NCBI GenBank assembly: GCA_964566795.1
Contig: CAZMIU010000001.1
Span: forward strand, 333,091-397,090
Direction: 5' to 3'
Length of the DNA: 64,000 nucleotides
Source: an uncultured Candidatus Saccharibacteria bacterium
GTDB lineage: Bacteria > Patescibacteriota > Minisyncoccia > Phycocordibacterales > SBAW01
Shown here: in pieces, positions 28,079 to 38,460 of the stretch
How positions within the stretch are numbered: the first letter of the stretch is position 1
Layout of the letters: each line of letters starts with the position of its first letter
Translations under genes and position numbers: made by a program
Notes under the pieces: model-generated
The model's input: the letters and a program-made list of their open reading frames with translations, nothing else
Database searches by the model: none
What the model was told of the DNA's origin: nothing

Positions 28079-29941
28079 TTAAGCGTTGTATAGACGTAGG
28101 CCATTAAGGATGACAAGTATCGCAACGCCAGTATCAGCCATGATGGCAACCGGCAACGTAGCAAGACCGAATACAGCCAGCAATATAAATACTGCCTTAG
28201 CTAAAAGAGCAGCTCCTACATTTTGCTGTATTGTGCGAACTGTCCTCCTACTGAGCGAGACAGTTTCTGGAATAGCCTGCAAGTTGTCGTTCATAAGTGC
28301 AATATCGGCAGTCTCAATAGCGACATCTGATCCCTGTGCGCCCATAGCAATACCAACATTTGAGAGCGCGAGTGAGGGAGCGTCGTTTACACCGTCGCCC
28401 ACCATGGCCACTGAGCCGTACTTTTCCTTTAGTTCCCTCACCTTCTCTACCTTCTGTTCAGGAAGGAGAGAAGCATGGGACTCATTTATACCCACTCGCG
28501 CTGAAACCGCACTAGCGGTATGTTCGTTGTCTCCAGTCAACATGACAGAAGTAAGGCCTAAGTCTTTAAGTCGACCAATAACTGACTTCGATTCGTCTCG
28601 CACCTTGTCGGCAATGGCCAATGCTCCCATTACCTGCTTACCCTCGCTGATAAGAACGATGGTCTTGCCCTCACGCTCTAGCGGTTCAGTCTTTTGGAGC
28701 ACCTCTTTGGTCGGTATATCATGCGCATCCATAATCTTCGGGTTGCCTACGCAATGCTCTACATCGTCGCAGACCAGACAAACAGCCTTGCCGCCCTTGC
28801 CCGGGATATTTTCATACCTAGACATATCATGCGGGACGATTCCCTTTTCCTTAGCAAAAGCAAGAATGCTCTTGGAAAGCGGGTGCGAGGAGAACTGCTC
28901 CAGACCTGCGGCATCTTCAAGCACCTGCTTTTCGGTAAAACCCTCGAATGCAATGATGTCTGAGACGTACGGTTCGCCGCGAGTTAAAGTACCCGTCTTA
29001 TCGAACGCGATTGCTTTTACTTTCTTCAGCTCTTCCAGATACTTGCCGCCCTTAATGAGAACCCCTCTGCGCGAGGCTCCCCCAAGCGCGGAAGTAATGG
29101 CTACTGGTGTTGCTATGACCAGGGCACAAGGACATGCAATGACGAGAAGAATAAGGGCGCGGGAAAACCAAAGAAGGAACGGCTCCCCTAGCGCAAGCGG
29201 AGGAACAATTGATATGACAGCTGCAATACCGATCACGGACGGAGTGTAGTACTTGGCGAAACTGTCGATAAACTCCTGTGCCGGTGCCTTAGCCTTTTGC
29301 GCTTGCTCGACAAGCGATACAATCTTAGCAAAAGTAGAATTCTTACTTTCTTTTGTTACCTTGATTTCCAAGTAGCCTTGCTCGTTAAGCGTGCCGCCAA
29401 ACACGGCATCGCCCTCGCGCTTGTCCTTTGGTATGGGCTCCCCAGTGATGGTCGCTTCGTTGACTGCCGATATACCCTTAGTTATAAGGCCATCGAGCGG
29501 TATCATCTCGCCGGGCTTTACTGCAACAACCGTGTCGACTGTGACATCGGCAATTGGCTTAGTACTGCCATCCAGGAGCGTCGCGGTTTGTGGCGACTTA
29601 TGCAACAAAGCTTCGAGCGCCTTGCGCGACCGTCCTACTCCATAATCTTCCAGCGCCTCCGAAAGCGAGAAGAAGAAAACAACTGCTGCGGCTTCGGGAA
29701 GTTGGTTTATAAATATCGCCCCTATTGTCGCAATCACCACGAGAAAGTCGATATTGAGGAAACGTTGTTTAAGGAGCCCCTTAAGAGCGCCTAGCACGAC
29801 GTAGATACCGCCGGTCGCTATGCCGGTGAAGTACAGAGCGGTAAGAATCGCTGGCGAGATGGCGAAGAACGACAGTACGAAGGCCGCACCGGTAAACAAA
29901 CCGGAGATTATAGTGAAAATCTTTTTTAGGTCGAGATTCAT
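28079..29941 (-). CDS. P1B-type Zn/Cd-translocating ATPase
   Basis: TGEP, CPC, DKTGT, HP, GDGVND, TM Lys and D.G; no N-terminal HMA. Confidence 0.92.
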   Translation of the reverse strand: MNLDLKKIFTIISGLFTGAAFVLSFFAISPAILTALYFTGIATGGIYVVLGALKGLLKQRFLNIDFLVVIATIGAIFINQLPEAAAVVFFFSLSEALEDYGVGRSRKALEALLHKSPQTATLLDGSTKPIADVTVDTVVAVKPGEMIPLDGLITKGISAVNEATITGEPIPKDKREGDAVFGGTLNEQGYLEIKVTKESKNSTFAKIVSLVEQAQKAKAPAQEFIDSFAKYYTPSVIGIAAVISIVPPLALGEPFLLWFSRALILLVIACPCALVIATPVAITSALGGASRRGVLIKGGKYLEELKKVKAIAFDKTGTLTRGEPYVSDIIAFEGFTEKQVLEDAAGLEQFSSHPLSKSILAFAKEKGIVPHDMSRYENIPGKGGKAVCLVCDDVEHCVGNPKIMDAHDIPTKEVLQKTEPLEREGKTIVLISEGKQVMGALAIADKVRDESKSVIGRLKDLGLTSVMLTGDNEHTASAVSARVGINESHASLLPEQKVEKVRELKEKYGSVAMVGDGVNDAPSLALSNVGIAMGAQGSDVAIETADIALMNDNLQAIPETVSLSRRTVRTIQQNVGAALLAKAVFILLAVFGLATLPVAIMADTGVAILVILNGLRLYNA

Positions 29942-29978
29942 ATATACGTTTGAGTTAATCAAATTGTTATTTTAATTT

Positions 29979-30341
29979 CTAATCACTTTGGGACTGCGCA
30001 GAAACCTCGTCGCCCATAAACATCTCGTCCATAGAAGAGCCGCCGGACATTCCCCCGTGCTGAACATTATTCATAATCCACAACGTACCTCCTACAAGAA
30101 TACAGACGACAAGGAGAGCGAAGGCTAATACCATCAGATTCCATCGTGGCCCTGATTCCTTGCCCACATGCAGGAAGAAGATAAGTTGTGCCGCAAGTTG
30201 TAAGGTCGCAAACACAACCAAAAGTACAATCACAACGGTCGCACTAAGCGCTTGCCCCATAACTAGGTAAAACGCGAGAAGCGTCAGAATGGCTGAGATC
30301 GCGAAGCCTGCGGCGTAAGATTTTACAGTTCCTTTGGTCAT
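29979..30341 (-). CDS. cyoD: cytochrome bo3 ubiquinol oxidase subunit IV
   Basis: SYAAGF..LTL, QL.FFLH, GTLWIM. Confidence 0.92.
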   Translation of the reverse strand: MTKGTVKSYAAGFAISAILTLLAFYLVMGQALSATVVIVLLVVFATLQLAAQLIFFLHVGKESGPRWNLMVLAFALLVVCILVGGTLWIMNNVQHGGMSGGSSMDEMFMGDEVSAQSQSD

Positions 30342-30913
30342 GGTATTTGTAGCGCACCTAGTAAATAGACGAAAGTAAAGATAAAAATCCATATAATATC
30401 AAGAAAGTGCCAAAACAAGCTTAGGCACGATAGTTTGCGCAGTGTAGCAGCTGTAAGGCCGCGCACCGCAACATGCACAAGCAGAACAACTATCCATAAC
30501 GATCCGATCAGCACGTGCAATCCGTGTGCACCTACTAGAGCAAAGAATGAAGATAAAGAGGCGCTTTTGTCCGGGCCATATCCCTCCAATATGAGATTTT
30601 TAAATTCGCTTACTTCCATGGCAAGGAAAGCGGCACCTAGAAGGAGGGTTACCGCGAGTGCTGCAATGACCCACTGCTTCTTTTGATTGTGAGCCGCGAC
30701 CATGGCAAGCCCTATCGTAAAACTACTTGTCAAAAGAATCATCGTTTCTATGAGCACAAAAGGCAGACTGAACAGTTCTCCGGGCTCCGGAGTGCCAAAT
30801 GTCGCGCTTCGCAGTACTGCATACGTGGCAAAAAGCCCTGCAAAGAGCACGCAGTCGCTCATGAGGTACACCCAGAAACCGGAAACTACTTTGTCGTCAG
30901 AGTGTTCTTTCAT
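30338..30913 (-). CDS. cyoC: cytochrome bo3 ubiquinol oxidase subunit III
   Basis: [25 protein letters not shown]. Confidence 0.95.
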   Translation of the reverse strand: MKEHSDDKVVSGFWVYLMSDCVLFAGLFATYAVLRSATFGTPEPGELFSLPFVLIETMILLTSSFTIGLAMVAAHNQKKQWVIAALAVTLLLGAAFLAMEVSEFKNLILEGYGPDKSASLSSFFALVGAHGLHVLIGSLWIVVLLVHVAVRGLTAATLRKLSCLSLFWHFLDIIWIFIFTFVYLLGALQIP

Positions 30914-32829
30914 GTTATTTTCTCTGCGGGAAGGACATATTCGATCTTGTCGTTAAACGAACGGACAACAAGGCAGGCAAATACTCCGACGATACCGAGA
31001 ACGGCAAGCCACCATATGTGCCAAATCATTGCAAAACCAAAGCAAAGGCTGAGGCCTGCGATGATAAAGCCGACAGAAGTGTTAGCGGGAAGATGGATAT
31101 CCTCGCGGGCGCTGGGTACGCCTTCTCTGGACTCTTTCATTGTCCAAAAAGCATCCTTCCCGCTCACATGCGGAATGCTGGAAAAGTTGTACTCCGGCGG
31201 GGGCGAAGTAGTAGACCATTCAAGCGTTCTCCCGTTCCATGGATCGTTTCCAGCGATATTTTGCTTTCGCTGTCGGACACTTACGACAATCTGGAGAACT
31301 TGGAAAAATACTGCAAGCGCAATGACACACGCTCCAATAGCAGCAACTATCAACAACGGTTGCCAACTTGCGTCTACCTGCGAAAGACGGCGCGTCATTC
31401 CCATGAGCCCCAGTGCATAGAGCGGGATAAAGGCAAGCAAGAATCCGACGATCCAGCTCCAAAACGCGTATCTGCCTAAACGTTCGTTTAGCGTAAAACC
31501 GAACATTTTAGGGAACCAGTAAACAAACCCTGCAAAAAACCCGAAGAGCACACCGCCAATGATCATGTTATGGAAATGCGCGATTACAAACAAACTATTG
31601 TGCAGCTGGAAATTCACTCCTGGTATCGACAAAAGAACGCCTGTCATGCCACCAAGCACGAAAGTCGTCATAAAACCCATAAACCATAGCATCGGAGTCT
31701 TAAAGATAATTCGACCTCGAAACATAGTGAAAAGCCAGTTAAATACTTTTACTCCTGTTGGAATCGCGATGACCATCGTCATAATACCGAAGAAGGCATT
31801 TACATTAGCGTTGGTGCCCATGGTAAAGAAGTGGTGTCCCCACACCATGAATGAGAGTACGCTTATAAGAAGCGTCGCAACGACCATGGAGGTGTACCCG
31901 AACAATCTTTTTTGGGCAAACACGGGTACGATTTCAGAGAATATACCGAATGCTGGCAAAATAAGTATGTAGACTTCCGGATGACCCCATGACCAGATAA
32001 GGTTGACGTACATCATAGCGTTGCCGCCGAGGTCAGTGGTAAAAAAGTGCATGCCAAAAATGCGGTCGAGTGACAGGAGGCCGAGCGTGGCGGTAAGAAT
32101 AGGAAAGGCAAAAATAACCAGAATCATCGACCCGAGCGTGGTCCAGACAAATACCGGCATGCGCATAAGAGTCATTCCGGGTGCACGCATTTTAATAATC
32201 GTGATGAGGAAGTTGATACCTGAAATGAGCGTCCCGGCACCTGCGACTTGCAGTGCCCAGATATAGTAGTCGACGCCAACACCGGGACTGTATTGAAGTT
32301 CTGAGAGCGGCGGATATGCAAGCCAGCCGGTAGCAGCAAATTCTCCTACGACCAGAGAAAGATTGATGAGTATAGCCCCCGCAACCGTGAGCCAAAAGGA
32401 AACCGAGTTAAGAAAAGGGAAAGCTACATCTCGACTGCCAATCTGGAGTGGCAGTATGTAGTTTATGAGGCCGAACATAAATGGCATAGCCACGAAAAAG
32501 ATCATGATTATTCCGTGGGCCGTAAACACTTGGGAATAGTGTTCCGGGGACAAATATCCTGTGTTTTCTCCGGCCGCTAAAGCTTGTTGCGCGCGCATCA
32601 TAAAAGCATCCGTAGCGCCTCTCGCTAGCATGACCGCAGAGAGGAGTAAATACATAATGCCTATCTTTTTGTGATCTACAGACGTAATCCACTCTTTCCA
32701 AAGCCACTTCCAGCGCTTGAAATAGAACAGCAACCCTACCACCGCGACCACACCAAGAATTACAGTAAATTGAGCAACCGTCTCAATCGGTCCGTGTATG
32801 AATGCGTCTAAGGTAATTTTGCCAAACAT
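30910..32829 (-). CDS. cyoB: cytochrome bo3 ubiquinol oxidase subunit I
   Basis: [24 protein letters not shown]; quinol-site R/D/H/Q present. Confidence 0.97.
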   Translation of the reverse strand: MFGKITLDAFIHGPIETVAQFTVILGVVAVVGLLFYFKRWKWLWKEWITSVDHKKIGIMYLLLSAVMLARGATDAFMMRAQQALAAGENTGYLSPEHYSQVFTAHGIIMIFFVAMPFMFGLINYILPLQIGSRDVAFPFLNSVSFWLTVAGAILINLSLVVGEFAATGWLAYPPLSELQYSPGVGVDYYIWALQVAGAGTLISGINFLITIIKMRAPGMTLMRMPVFVWTTLGSMILVIFAFPILTATLGLLSLDRIFGMHFFTTDLGGNAMMYVNLIWSWGHPEVYILILPAFGIFSEIVPVFAQKRLFGYTSMVVATLLISVLSFMVWGHHFFTMGTNANVNAFFGIMTMVIAIPTGVKVFNWLFTMFRGRIIFKTPMLWFMGFMTTFVLGGMTGVLLSIPGVNFQLHNSLFVIAHFHNMIIGGVLFGFFAGFVYWFPKMFGFTLNERLGRYAFWSWIVGFLLAFIPLYALGLMGMTRRLSQVDASWQPLLIVAAIGACVIALAVFFQVLQIVVSVRQRKQNIAGNDPWNGRTLEWSTTSPPPEYNFSSIPHVSGKDAFWTMKESREGVPSAREDIHLPANTSVGFIIAGLSLCFGFAMIWHIWWLAVLGIVGVFACLVVRSFNDKIEYVLPAEKIT

Positions 32830-32886
32830 AATTTCAATTTTGTGGTGACTCTATATTTCTTCGCCTTGTTCCTGTTACCCACGTAC

Positions 32887-33093
32887 TCATGAGTCAGTAT
32901 GCGCCTCAGGTTCATGATTAGTCGGTATTTCCATCGAATCTATGGTATTTGCAGGTGCCGGCTGAGGTGCCGTGTTCTCCTGCTGATTAACCCCTGACTC
33001 AGGCTGCCAATGCCACCACAGGAAAATCCCCGCCGCTAGCGCCAGCACTATTAGTCCCCCTACTATCACTTTGATGTAAGATTGAAGTTCCAT
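32887..33093 (-). CDS. small single-TM protein in the position of cyoA
   Basis: one TM helix plus low-complexity tail. Confidence 0.6.
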   Translation of the reverse strand: MELQSYIKVIVGGLIVLALAAGIFLWWHWQPESGVNQQENTAPQPAPANTIDSMEIPTNHEPEAHTDS

Positions 33094-33096
33094 ACT

Positions 33097-33894
33097 TTAT
33101 TGTTGTGCAGATAATGTTGCTACTTTGGCTTCGCTCGATTGCGTTAGCTGTTGTTCAAACTCCTTAAGAAGGAAGAGGCTTATGTCGTCCATCGTGTCGT
33201 GACCCTGCCGGAACGGTTTCTCTATGGCGCGAATAAGCTGCCTGATATAGAGAAGCAGGTAGGATATGAACCCCAGGAGCACTACCGACTCGGGCGACCC
33301 TTCAGTCTGGACGAACAAGAGAAGGAACACGATGCCGAGCGCAAGCGATTCAGCCAGTACGTGAGCAGAAGGCAGGAATTGCGTTCTCTGGATGTGGTAG
33401 ACCCTTAGCACGCTTCGGCGCAGAGCCGCTTGTTCTCCCTCAAGACGGACAATGTAATTGGGGGGCATGTCGAGCTTTTCCATCTGAGCATAAGACTCTG
33501 AAAGCTCGTTAACCGACGCGATGCATGGCTCAAGCTTATAATGGTCGCCCTCATGTCCAAGTCCTTTGATAAAACTACGTACGATTGCTACTATCCTCTC
33601 TCGCATCTTTACCAAGTCAAATTCTTTTTTGTCACGGCTAAAGAACTTGCCCTCTTCCCAAATATTCTCAAGCGATGAGCGCATATCGGCTGGTATCTTT
33701 TCAGCCTCCTTGTAGTCAGCGATAATACCCGCAAGTAAGAAGCCGACGATGAATATTGCTCCCGCTATTGCGCTCGAGAACAGCGCATTGAGGGAGAAGA
33801 CCTCTACACCCCATGTATGGATGAGGAACTTCGCCCCCATGATTACAGTGACGATCGCTAGCGTCCATATGCTGATCTTTAGTTTCTTAAGCAT
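33097..33894 (-). CDS. membrane protein (bestrophin/DUF4239-like)
   Basis: 4 TM helices, DYKEAE, IEKPF. Confidence 0.65.
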   Translation of the reverse strand: MLKKLKISIWTLAIVTVIMGAKFLIHTWGVEVFSLNALFSSAIAGAIFIVGFLLAGIIADYKEAEKIPADMRSSLENIWEEGKFFSRDKKEFDLVKMRERIVAIVRSFIKGLGHEGDHYKLEPCIASVNELSESYAQMEKLDMPPNYIVRLEGEQAALRRSVLRVYHIQRTQFLPSAHVLAESLALGIVFLLLFVQTEGSPESVVLLGFISYLLLYIRQLIRAIEKPFRQGHDTMDDISLFLLKEFEQQLTQSSEAKVATLSAQQ

Positions 33895-33916
33895 GCGGTG
33901 GTCATGGGCACAATAC

Positions 33917-34537
33917 TTAGTAGTTAACGTAGTATTTAACTTTTGCATTCGCCGTCAGTTCAGCAACCCATTTTTGTGCCTCTTGCTGCAACTTTTGCTC
34001 CCTTAGCTGCTCATTAATCTGAGCCTTGAACTCCTCCATTTTCGTACCGGCTGGAGGTGTCGCCTTGGTGTCTTTTATGTACGCCTCCACCTCATCTGCA
34101 GAAACTGAAACCTTATCGCCCAAAAGTTTTTCTAGCTTCTTTTGGATGGTAATTTGCTCTCGCAAGTCTTCCTCGGTCATGCCCTGGGCAGCAAGGGCCT
34201 GTTCAAGGGTACTCCCCTGACCTGCAACTTCTGCTTCAAGTTTCTTTATCTCAGCCTCAATCTCTTCTGGAGCTAGAGTCACTTTTTGCTTATTAAGTTC
34301 GTTCTCGACTAGTCGTTTATTTATCATTGCGTCCAAGGCCTGCTTGCCGGATTGTTTTTCCAGTTCACCAATAACAGCTAAGCGGCTTATTGGGCTGCCA
34401 TTTACTGTCACCGCTACGAAGAGACCCCTAGCAAAGAACAACCCCGCAGCAAGAAGAACGACCGCTGCCACGATGACAACAACCAGTGGCTTGGGCTTTT
34501 TTAACTTTAGGCTTATGTAGTTTGAATTATTTTCCAT
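33917..34537 (-). CDS. SurA N-terminal domain chaperone
   Basis: TVNGSPIS..LDAMI..LV.NE..W..EL..AKV. Confidence 0.85.
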   Translation of the reverse strand: MENNSNYISLKLKKPKPLVVVIVAAVVLLAAGLFFARGLFVAVTVNGSPISRLAVIGELEKQSGKQALDAMINKRLVENELNKQKVTLAPEEIEAEIKKLEAEVAGQGSTLEQALAAQGMTEEDLREQITIQKKLEKLLGDKVSVSADEVEAYIKDTKATPPAGTKMEEFKAQINEQLREQKLQQEAQKWVAELTANAKVKYYVNY

Positions 34538-34559
34538 AGTGATTTATATAGTTATTTTT

Positions 34560-35129
34560 TTACCCATTTACCAGTACGCTGCGCTTCAGGGTAAGATGCG
34601 CAAAACCTGCAAACATCAACATGCTCCCAAACACCATGATTCCCATGAAAGGGATGGTTGCAAACCCATACACGAGAATTGGCGAGTCGGTGCAGGCAGG
34701 CATGAGCCCTCCATAGGAACATGGCAACGAGAGCTTGTTACCGAGCACGAAGCCTTGGAAGTGGTAGTAGTAATGGTAGATCGCGTACCACAACCCGAAC
34801 GCAGAGAGGATAGCCACAGTTATGTGCGTCTCGCGGGTTTTGTACCACAGTGCGACTAAGGTTATTACACTCGTCGGATACAGGAATATCCGCTGCCACC
34901 AGCACAGCTCGCATACTGGGGTGTCGTACACCAACTGATAGACAAGAGAACCTGCTATAGAGATGCATGCAATTGCGGCCAACGCTGCAATAAACCAGAA
35001 GTACGGTACGCGCTGTATGCGGGCCCGTACGCCGACTGACAACCAATACAATATCCCTACAGCCACGAGCGCGACAAAGAGTCCTATCGATCCAGAAACC
35101 AGAAGTGTGGAATAGGTATCGAGTGTCAT
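34560..35129 (-). CDS. dsbB: disulfide bond formation protein B
   Basis: CELCWWQRI, second Cys pair, TIP. Confidence 0.9.
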   Translation of the reverse strand: MTLDTYSTLLVSGSIGLFVALVAVGILYWLSVGVRARIQRVPYFWFIAALAAIACISIAGSLVYQLVYDTPVCELCWWQRIFLYPTSVITLVALWYKTRETHITVAILSAFGLWYAIYHYYYHFQGFVLGNKLSLPCSYGGLMPACTDSPILVYGFATIPFMGIMVFGSMLMFAGFAHLTLKRSVLVNG

Positions 35130-35132
35130 ACT

Positions 35133-35804
35133 CTATTGATTTACGGGGGCGGATGTACTGACTTTTGCCTTAATAAGCGCTTTGAACGGCTCATAGCCCT
35201 GCGGGTTCTGTATCTTTTCTCCATTGAGGAAGAAAGTCGGCGTACCGCTGTTGCCGAGCTTTTTACCTGAGTCAATATCGCGCTGCACTCGGGCAGCAAC
35301 CTCTGGCGAAGCGACATCTTGTTTGAACTTCTCCATATCAAGCCCGAGCTGCTTAGCATAGTCCTCAAACACGGCCGGTGTCGAAGTATTCTTCTCTCCC
35401 CATTTCTCCTGTTCGGTAAACAATAGGTCGTGCATTTCTGTGTACTTGTTTTGTCGCGCAGCGGCCTCAACGGCAAGTGCGGCAGTCATGCCATTTTTGT
35501 GTCCGGGAAGTGGAAAATATCGGCGCACTACCCTAAGATCATTCGGGAATTCCTGCTCAAGCTGTTTGACGAGCGGAAAATACGCGCCGCACGCCTCACA
35601 CTCGAAGTCGAGGTACTCGATGAGCGTTGCTTTTGCGCTTGTAGACCCGACCACATAATCATCGACGACAACCGTAAGCAAGTCATTGGGCGGTACCTCT
35701 TTTTTCTGAGACCCGGGGACAACAAGCCACACAAGGCCTATGACTACGACTATCGCTAGGACAATCCACTTCACAAACTTGGTATTTGGTTTAGTTTGAT
35801 CCAT
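35133..35804 (-). CDS. DsbA-family thioredoxin-fold oxidoreductase
   Basis: DFECEAC, YFPL, GTPTFF. Confidence 0.92.
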   Translation of the reverse strand: MDQTKPNTKFVKWIVLAIVVVIGLVWLVVPGSQKKEVPPNDLLTVVVDDYVVGSTSAKATLIEYLDFECEACGAYFPLVKQLEQEFPNDLRVVRRYFPLPGHKNGMTAALAVEAAARQNKYTEMHDLLFTEQEKWGEKNTSTPAVFEDYAKQLGLDMEKFKQDVASPEVAARVQRDIDSGKKLGNSGTPTFFLNGEKIQNPQGYEPFKALIKAKVSTSAPVNQ

Positions 35805-35932
35805 ACAGTAATTGATTTTTAGAAGATAAACGGAAAGACATGCGCTGCTCTACCCTAGACCCTGGTAATGGAGCCATATCACTGATGCCATGATCGCCGC
35901 CATAATTGAACCGGTTACGATGTAGCTCATTA

Positions 35933-36646
35933 TTAATTCCCAGCCAGAGCTTTATCAACCAGCTGCTTTACGTTTGCGTACGGCTGAGCGCCAGAGAGCG
36001 GGTACTTCTTTCCGTCCTTGCCCACCACAATGCTCCAGGGCGTGCCTTGACCCCCGGTTGCGGTTGCATTAGCAACCTCGTCTTCAATATGCTTATCGAA
36101 CTTGCCGCTCGTGAGGCATGAATTGAATTTAGCAACATCGAGCCCGACATATTGCGCAATTTTAGGAAGCTCTGCGGCATCGAGTCCGTCATTAGATGGC
36201 GTAACCTCGTATACACGGTCTGCATAGGCCCAAAATTTGTCATTGCCACCTTGGTCGCCTGCACACTCAAGCGCTACTGCCTCATTGCGTGCCTTGGCAT
36301 GGAGCGAATCAAGCGGGAAATGGCGGTATATCCACGCGACTTGCGAACCATACGTGCTCACAACCTGCTTCATGGTGTTATGGAACTGCTTGCAGAAGGG
36401 GCACTCGGTGTCGGAGTACTCGACTACCTTGACCGGAGCGTTTATATCGCCTCGAATATGGTCGCTTGCGGTAACTGCAGTCATTGCCTCCAGATCACCT
36501 GTAGGCTGTGCCGGGACCTGTCCTTGCGGCTGAACAACTGCAGCAGGCCCAGGGAGACGGCTACTGAATAGTATTGCTCCGGCAATGATGATGCCGGTGA
36601 TGATAATGGCAACGGAGGGCGATATTTTATTTTGTAGTGATTCCAT
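35933..36646 (-). CDS. DsbA-family thioredoxin-fold oxidoreductase
   Basis: ECPFC, RHFPL, GTP, GAQPY. Confidence 0.92.
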   Translation of the reverse strand: MESLQNKISPSVAIIITGIIIAGAILFSSRLPGPAAVVQPQGQVPAQPTGDLEAMTAVTASDHIRGDINAPVKVVEYSDTECPFCKQFHNTMKQVVSTYGSQVAWIYRHFPLDSLHAKARNEAVALECAGDQGGNDKFWAYADRVYEVTPSNDGLDAAELPKIAQYVGLDVAKFNSCLTSGKFDKHIEDEVANATATGGQGTPWSIVVGKDGKKYPLSGAQPYANVKQLVDKALAGN

Positions 36647-36710
36647 GTTTTTGGACCATAGGGAAAGCGAATAAACGCCGGACACACCGGCAGCCTTAGA
36701 GAAAAGCTGA

Positions 36711-37118
36711 TTAGAATGCCCGAGAATTAAGTATGCCCCGAGCGTAGGCTTCTTGGAGCACTGTGCGTGAAGATAGCGGCGGATATGAAAAGGCTCCAAC
36801 TAGAGCAATCGACAGCGGCGAAACAAGGGCTTCTTTTCTAAAAGCTCCTACAAGTACAACCGCGAGAAAAAGGAAAGAAATTAGAAAAAGGACGTCTGCT
36901 GGTGGGAGCGCGACGAACATGCTTTGTATTTCTTGAATATGCTCTATTGGATTTACTTGGCAAAGAGCCGCTGCATGGCTAGGCATAAAGGGACAGTTGC
37001 CCGTCTTCCCTCCCATGGAGCCCATCCCGAAATAGGCAGACCCAAGGGATGGAAGCAAAAGTAGCACCAGTACCGCTAGCAATAGACCGGCTTTTCTCCA
37101 TGGAACGGCGAAGGGCAT
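36711..37118 (-). CDS. small two-TM Cys/Met/His-containing protein heading the dsb-cyo operon
   Basis: TAAGGT-N6-ATG, GNCPFM..LC..EHI, C-terminal LQEAYARGILNSRAF. Confidence 0.7.
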   Translation of the reverse strand: MPFAVPWRKAGLLLAVLVLLLLPSLGSAYFGMGSMGGKTGNCPFMPSHAAALCQVNPIEHIQEIQSMFVALPPADVLFLISFLFLAVVLVGAFRKEALVSPLSIALVGAFSYPPLSSRTVLQEAYARGILNSRAF

Positions 37119-37435
37119 ACCTATACCTTACCAGATATTTTTACTTGGCGTATTTTATCAAACGCTTGCTTCGACCTCTGAAATGTGGTCAAAAACTGAC
37201 TTATCCACAGTCCTTAACTTCTCTTCCCCTAAGGGGAGTTACTAGGTTTTTTACGCAACAATAGGATTACTTCCTGAAGTCATGGGTTGTGCGCCCATAT
37301 CTGCCTTGGTAGGGTTTATAGGACGGTCATGAAGGATTGATGAAATGGCTCAACAGAGCCATTTTTCTCACAAAAGGCTGAAATACCGTTAAAAATAGGC
37401 TTATAAGACTCTTTAGAAAAATTTCTCCTCCGAGG

Positions 37436-38455
37436 TTGAAAGTACCGGAGAAGTTCAAAACTCCCACGCTGCGCGTTGCCCTACTGGGCGGCTGTCTTTT
37501 GGTCGTCCCCGCCTTTCTATCTTTTGCCGGTATTCATTCATCGGTATTTATTAGCGCAAATGCCGCCAAAGCGGGCTATACGGCTTCTCAACACAACTCT
37601 CAAACAATACCGGTACTCATGGCTGCCAACAATATAGATCCAAATCCCTCGGTAGGAGGAGGCGACATTTTAATTAGCGGAAGTGCGTTAATGCCTCAAG
37701 GTGGAGCTTCTAATAGCGACGCGGATCAAGACAGACATGCCGGATCCTCGCAGATAAACGTCTATATCGTACGCGAAGGAGATACCCTGAGCGATATAGC
37801 AGAAATGTTCGATGTGTCGGTAAACACCATTGCTTGGGGCAATGACATCAAGGGCAGGGTCATTAAACCGGGCCAGGAGCTTGTAATCCTTCCCGTAACC
37901 GGCGTCCAACACACGGTCCAAAAAGGAGACACAATCGCCTCTCTGGCTAAAAAGTACAGCGCCGATGCGTCAGAGATAGCGCATTTCAACGAACTTGCTA
38001 CCGACGCGTCCTTGGCCGTTGGGACCGTCATAACGGTACCAGATGGCGCACTACCGGCCCCAACGGCCAAAAGCGCGTCTAGCCGCGCTGGAGGGCTCTC
38101 AGGGGCTGGTGGCTACTACGGATGGCCGCTGAGCGGAGGGGTCATTACGCAAGGTATCCATGGATACAATGCGCTCGACATAGGGGCCAGTAACGGAACG
38201 GATATTTATGCCTCGGCTGGAGGTACTGTGGTTATCGCCCGCAACGGCGGCTGGAACGGCGGCTACGGCAACTATGTGGTTATAAAGCATAGTAATGGCA
38301 CCCAAACCCTTTATGCGCACGCGAGCCAGGTATTAACATCGGCTGGTGCGCGAGTAGAAAAAGGCGATCTCATCGCCTTGGTGGGATCGACCGGCAAGTC
38401 TACGGGCAATCATTTGCACTTTGAGGTTCGCGGCGCGACAAATCCTTTCAGATAA
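37436..38455 (+). CDS. LysM-LysM-M23 peptidase
   Basis: two LysM repeats, H..ALD, YAH, HLHFEV. Confidence 0.92.
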   Translation: MKVPEKFKTPTLRVALLGGCLLVVPAFLSFAGIHSSVFISANAAKAGYTASQHNSQTIPVLMAANNIDPNPSVGGGDILISGSALMPQGGASNSDADQDRHAGSSQINVYIVREGDTLSDIAEMFDVSVNTIAWGNDIKGRVIKPGQELVILPVTGVQHTVQKGDTIASLAKKYSADASEIAHFNELATDASLAVGTVITVPDGALPAPTAKSASSRAGGLSGAGGYYGWPLSGGVITQGIHGYNALDIGASNGTDIYASAGGTVVIARNGGWNGGYGNYVVIKHSNGTQTLYAHASQVLTSAGARVEKGDLIALVGSTGKSTGNHLHFEVRGATNPFR

Positions 38456-38460
38456 CTTTC

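Noticed and set aside
28086-29249. Long antisense ORFs (also 12623-13612, 48925-50250, 52120-52995, 59133-61079)
   Set aside because: They mirror well-conserved genes on the opposite strand and have no motifs of their own.
32887-33093. Small ORF as a cyoA fragment
   Set aside because: No lipobox, second TM helix or cupredoxin motifs recognisable; left as unknown.
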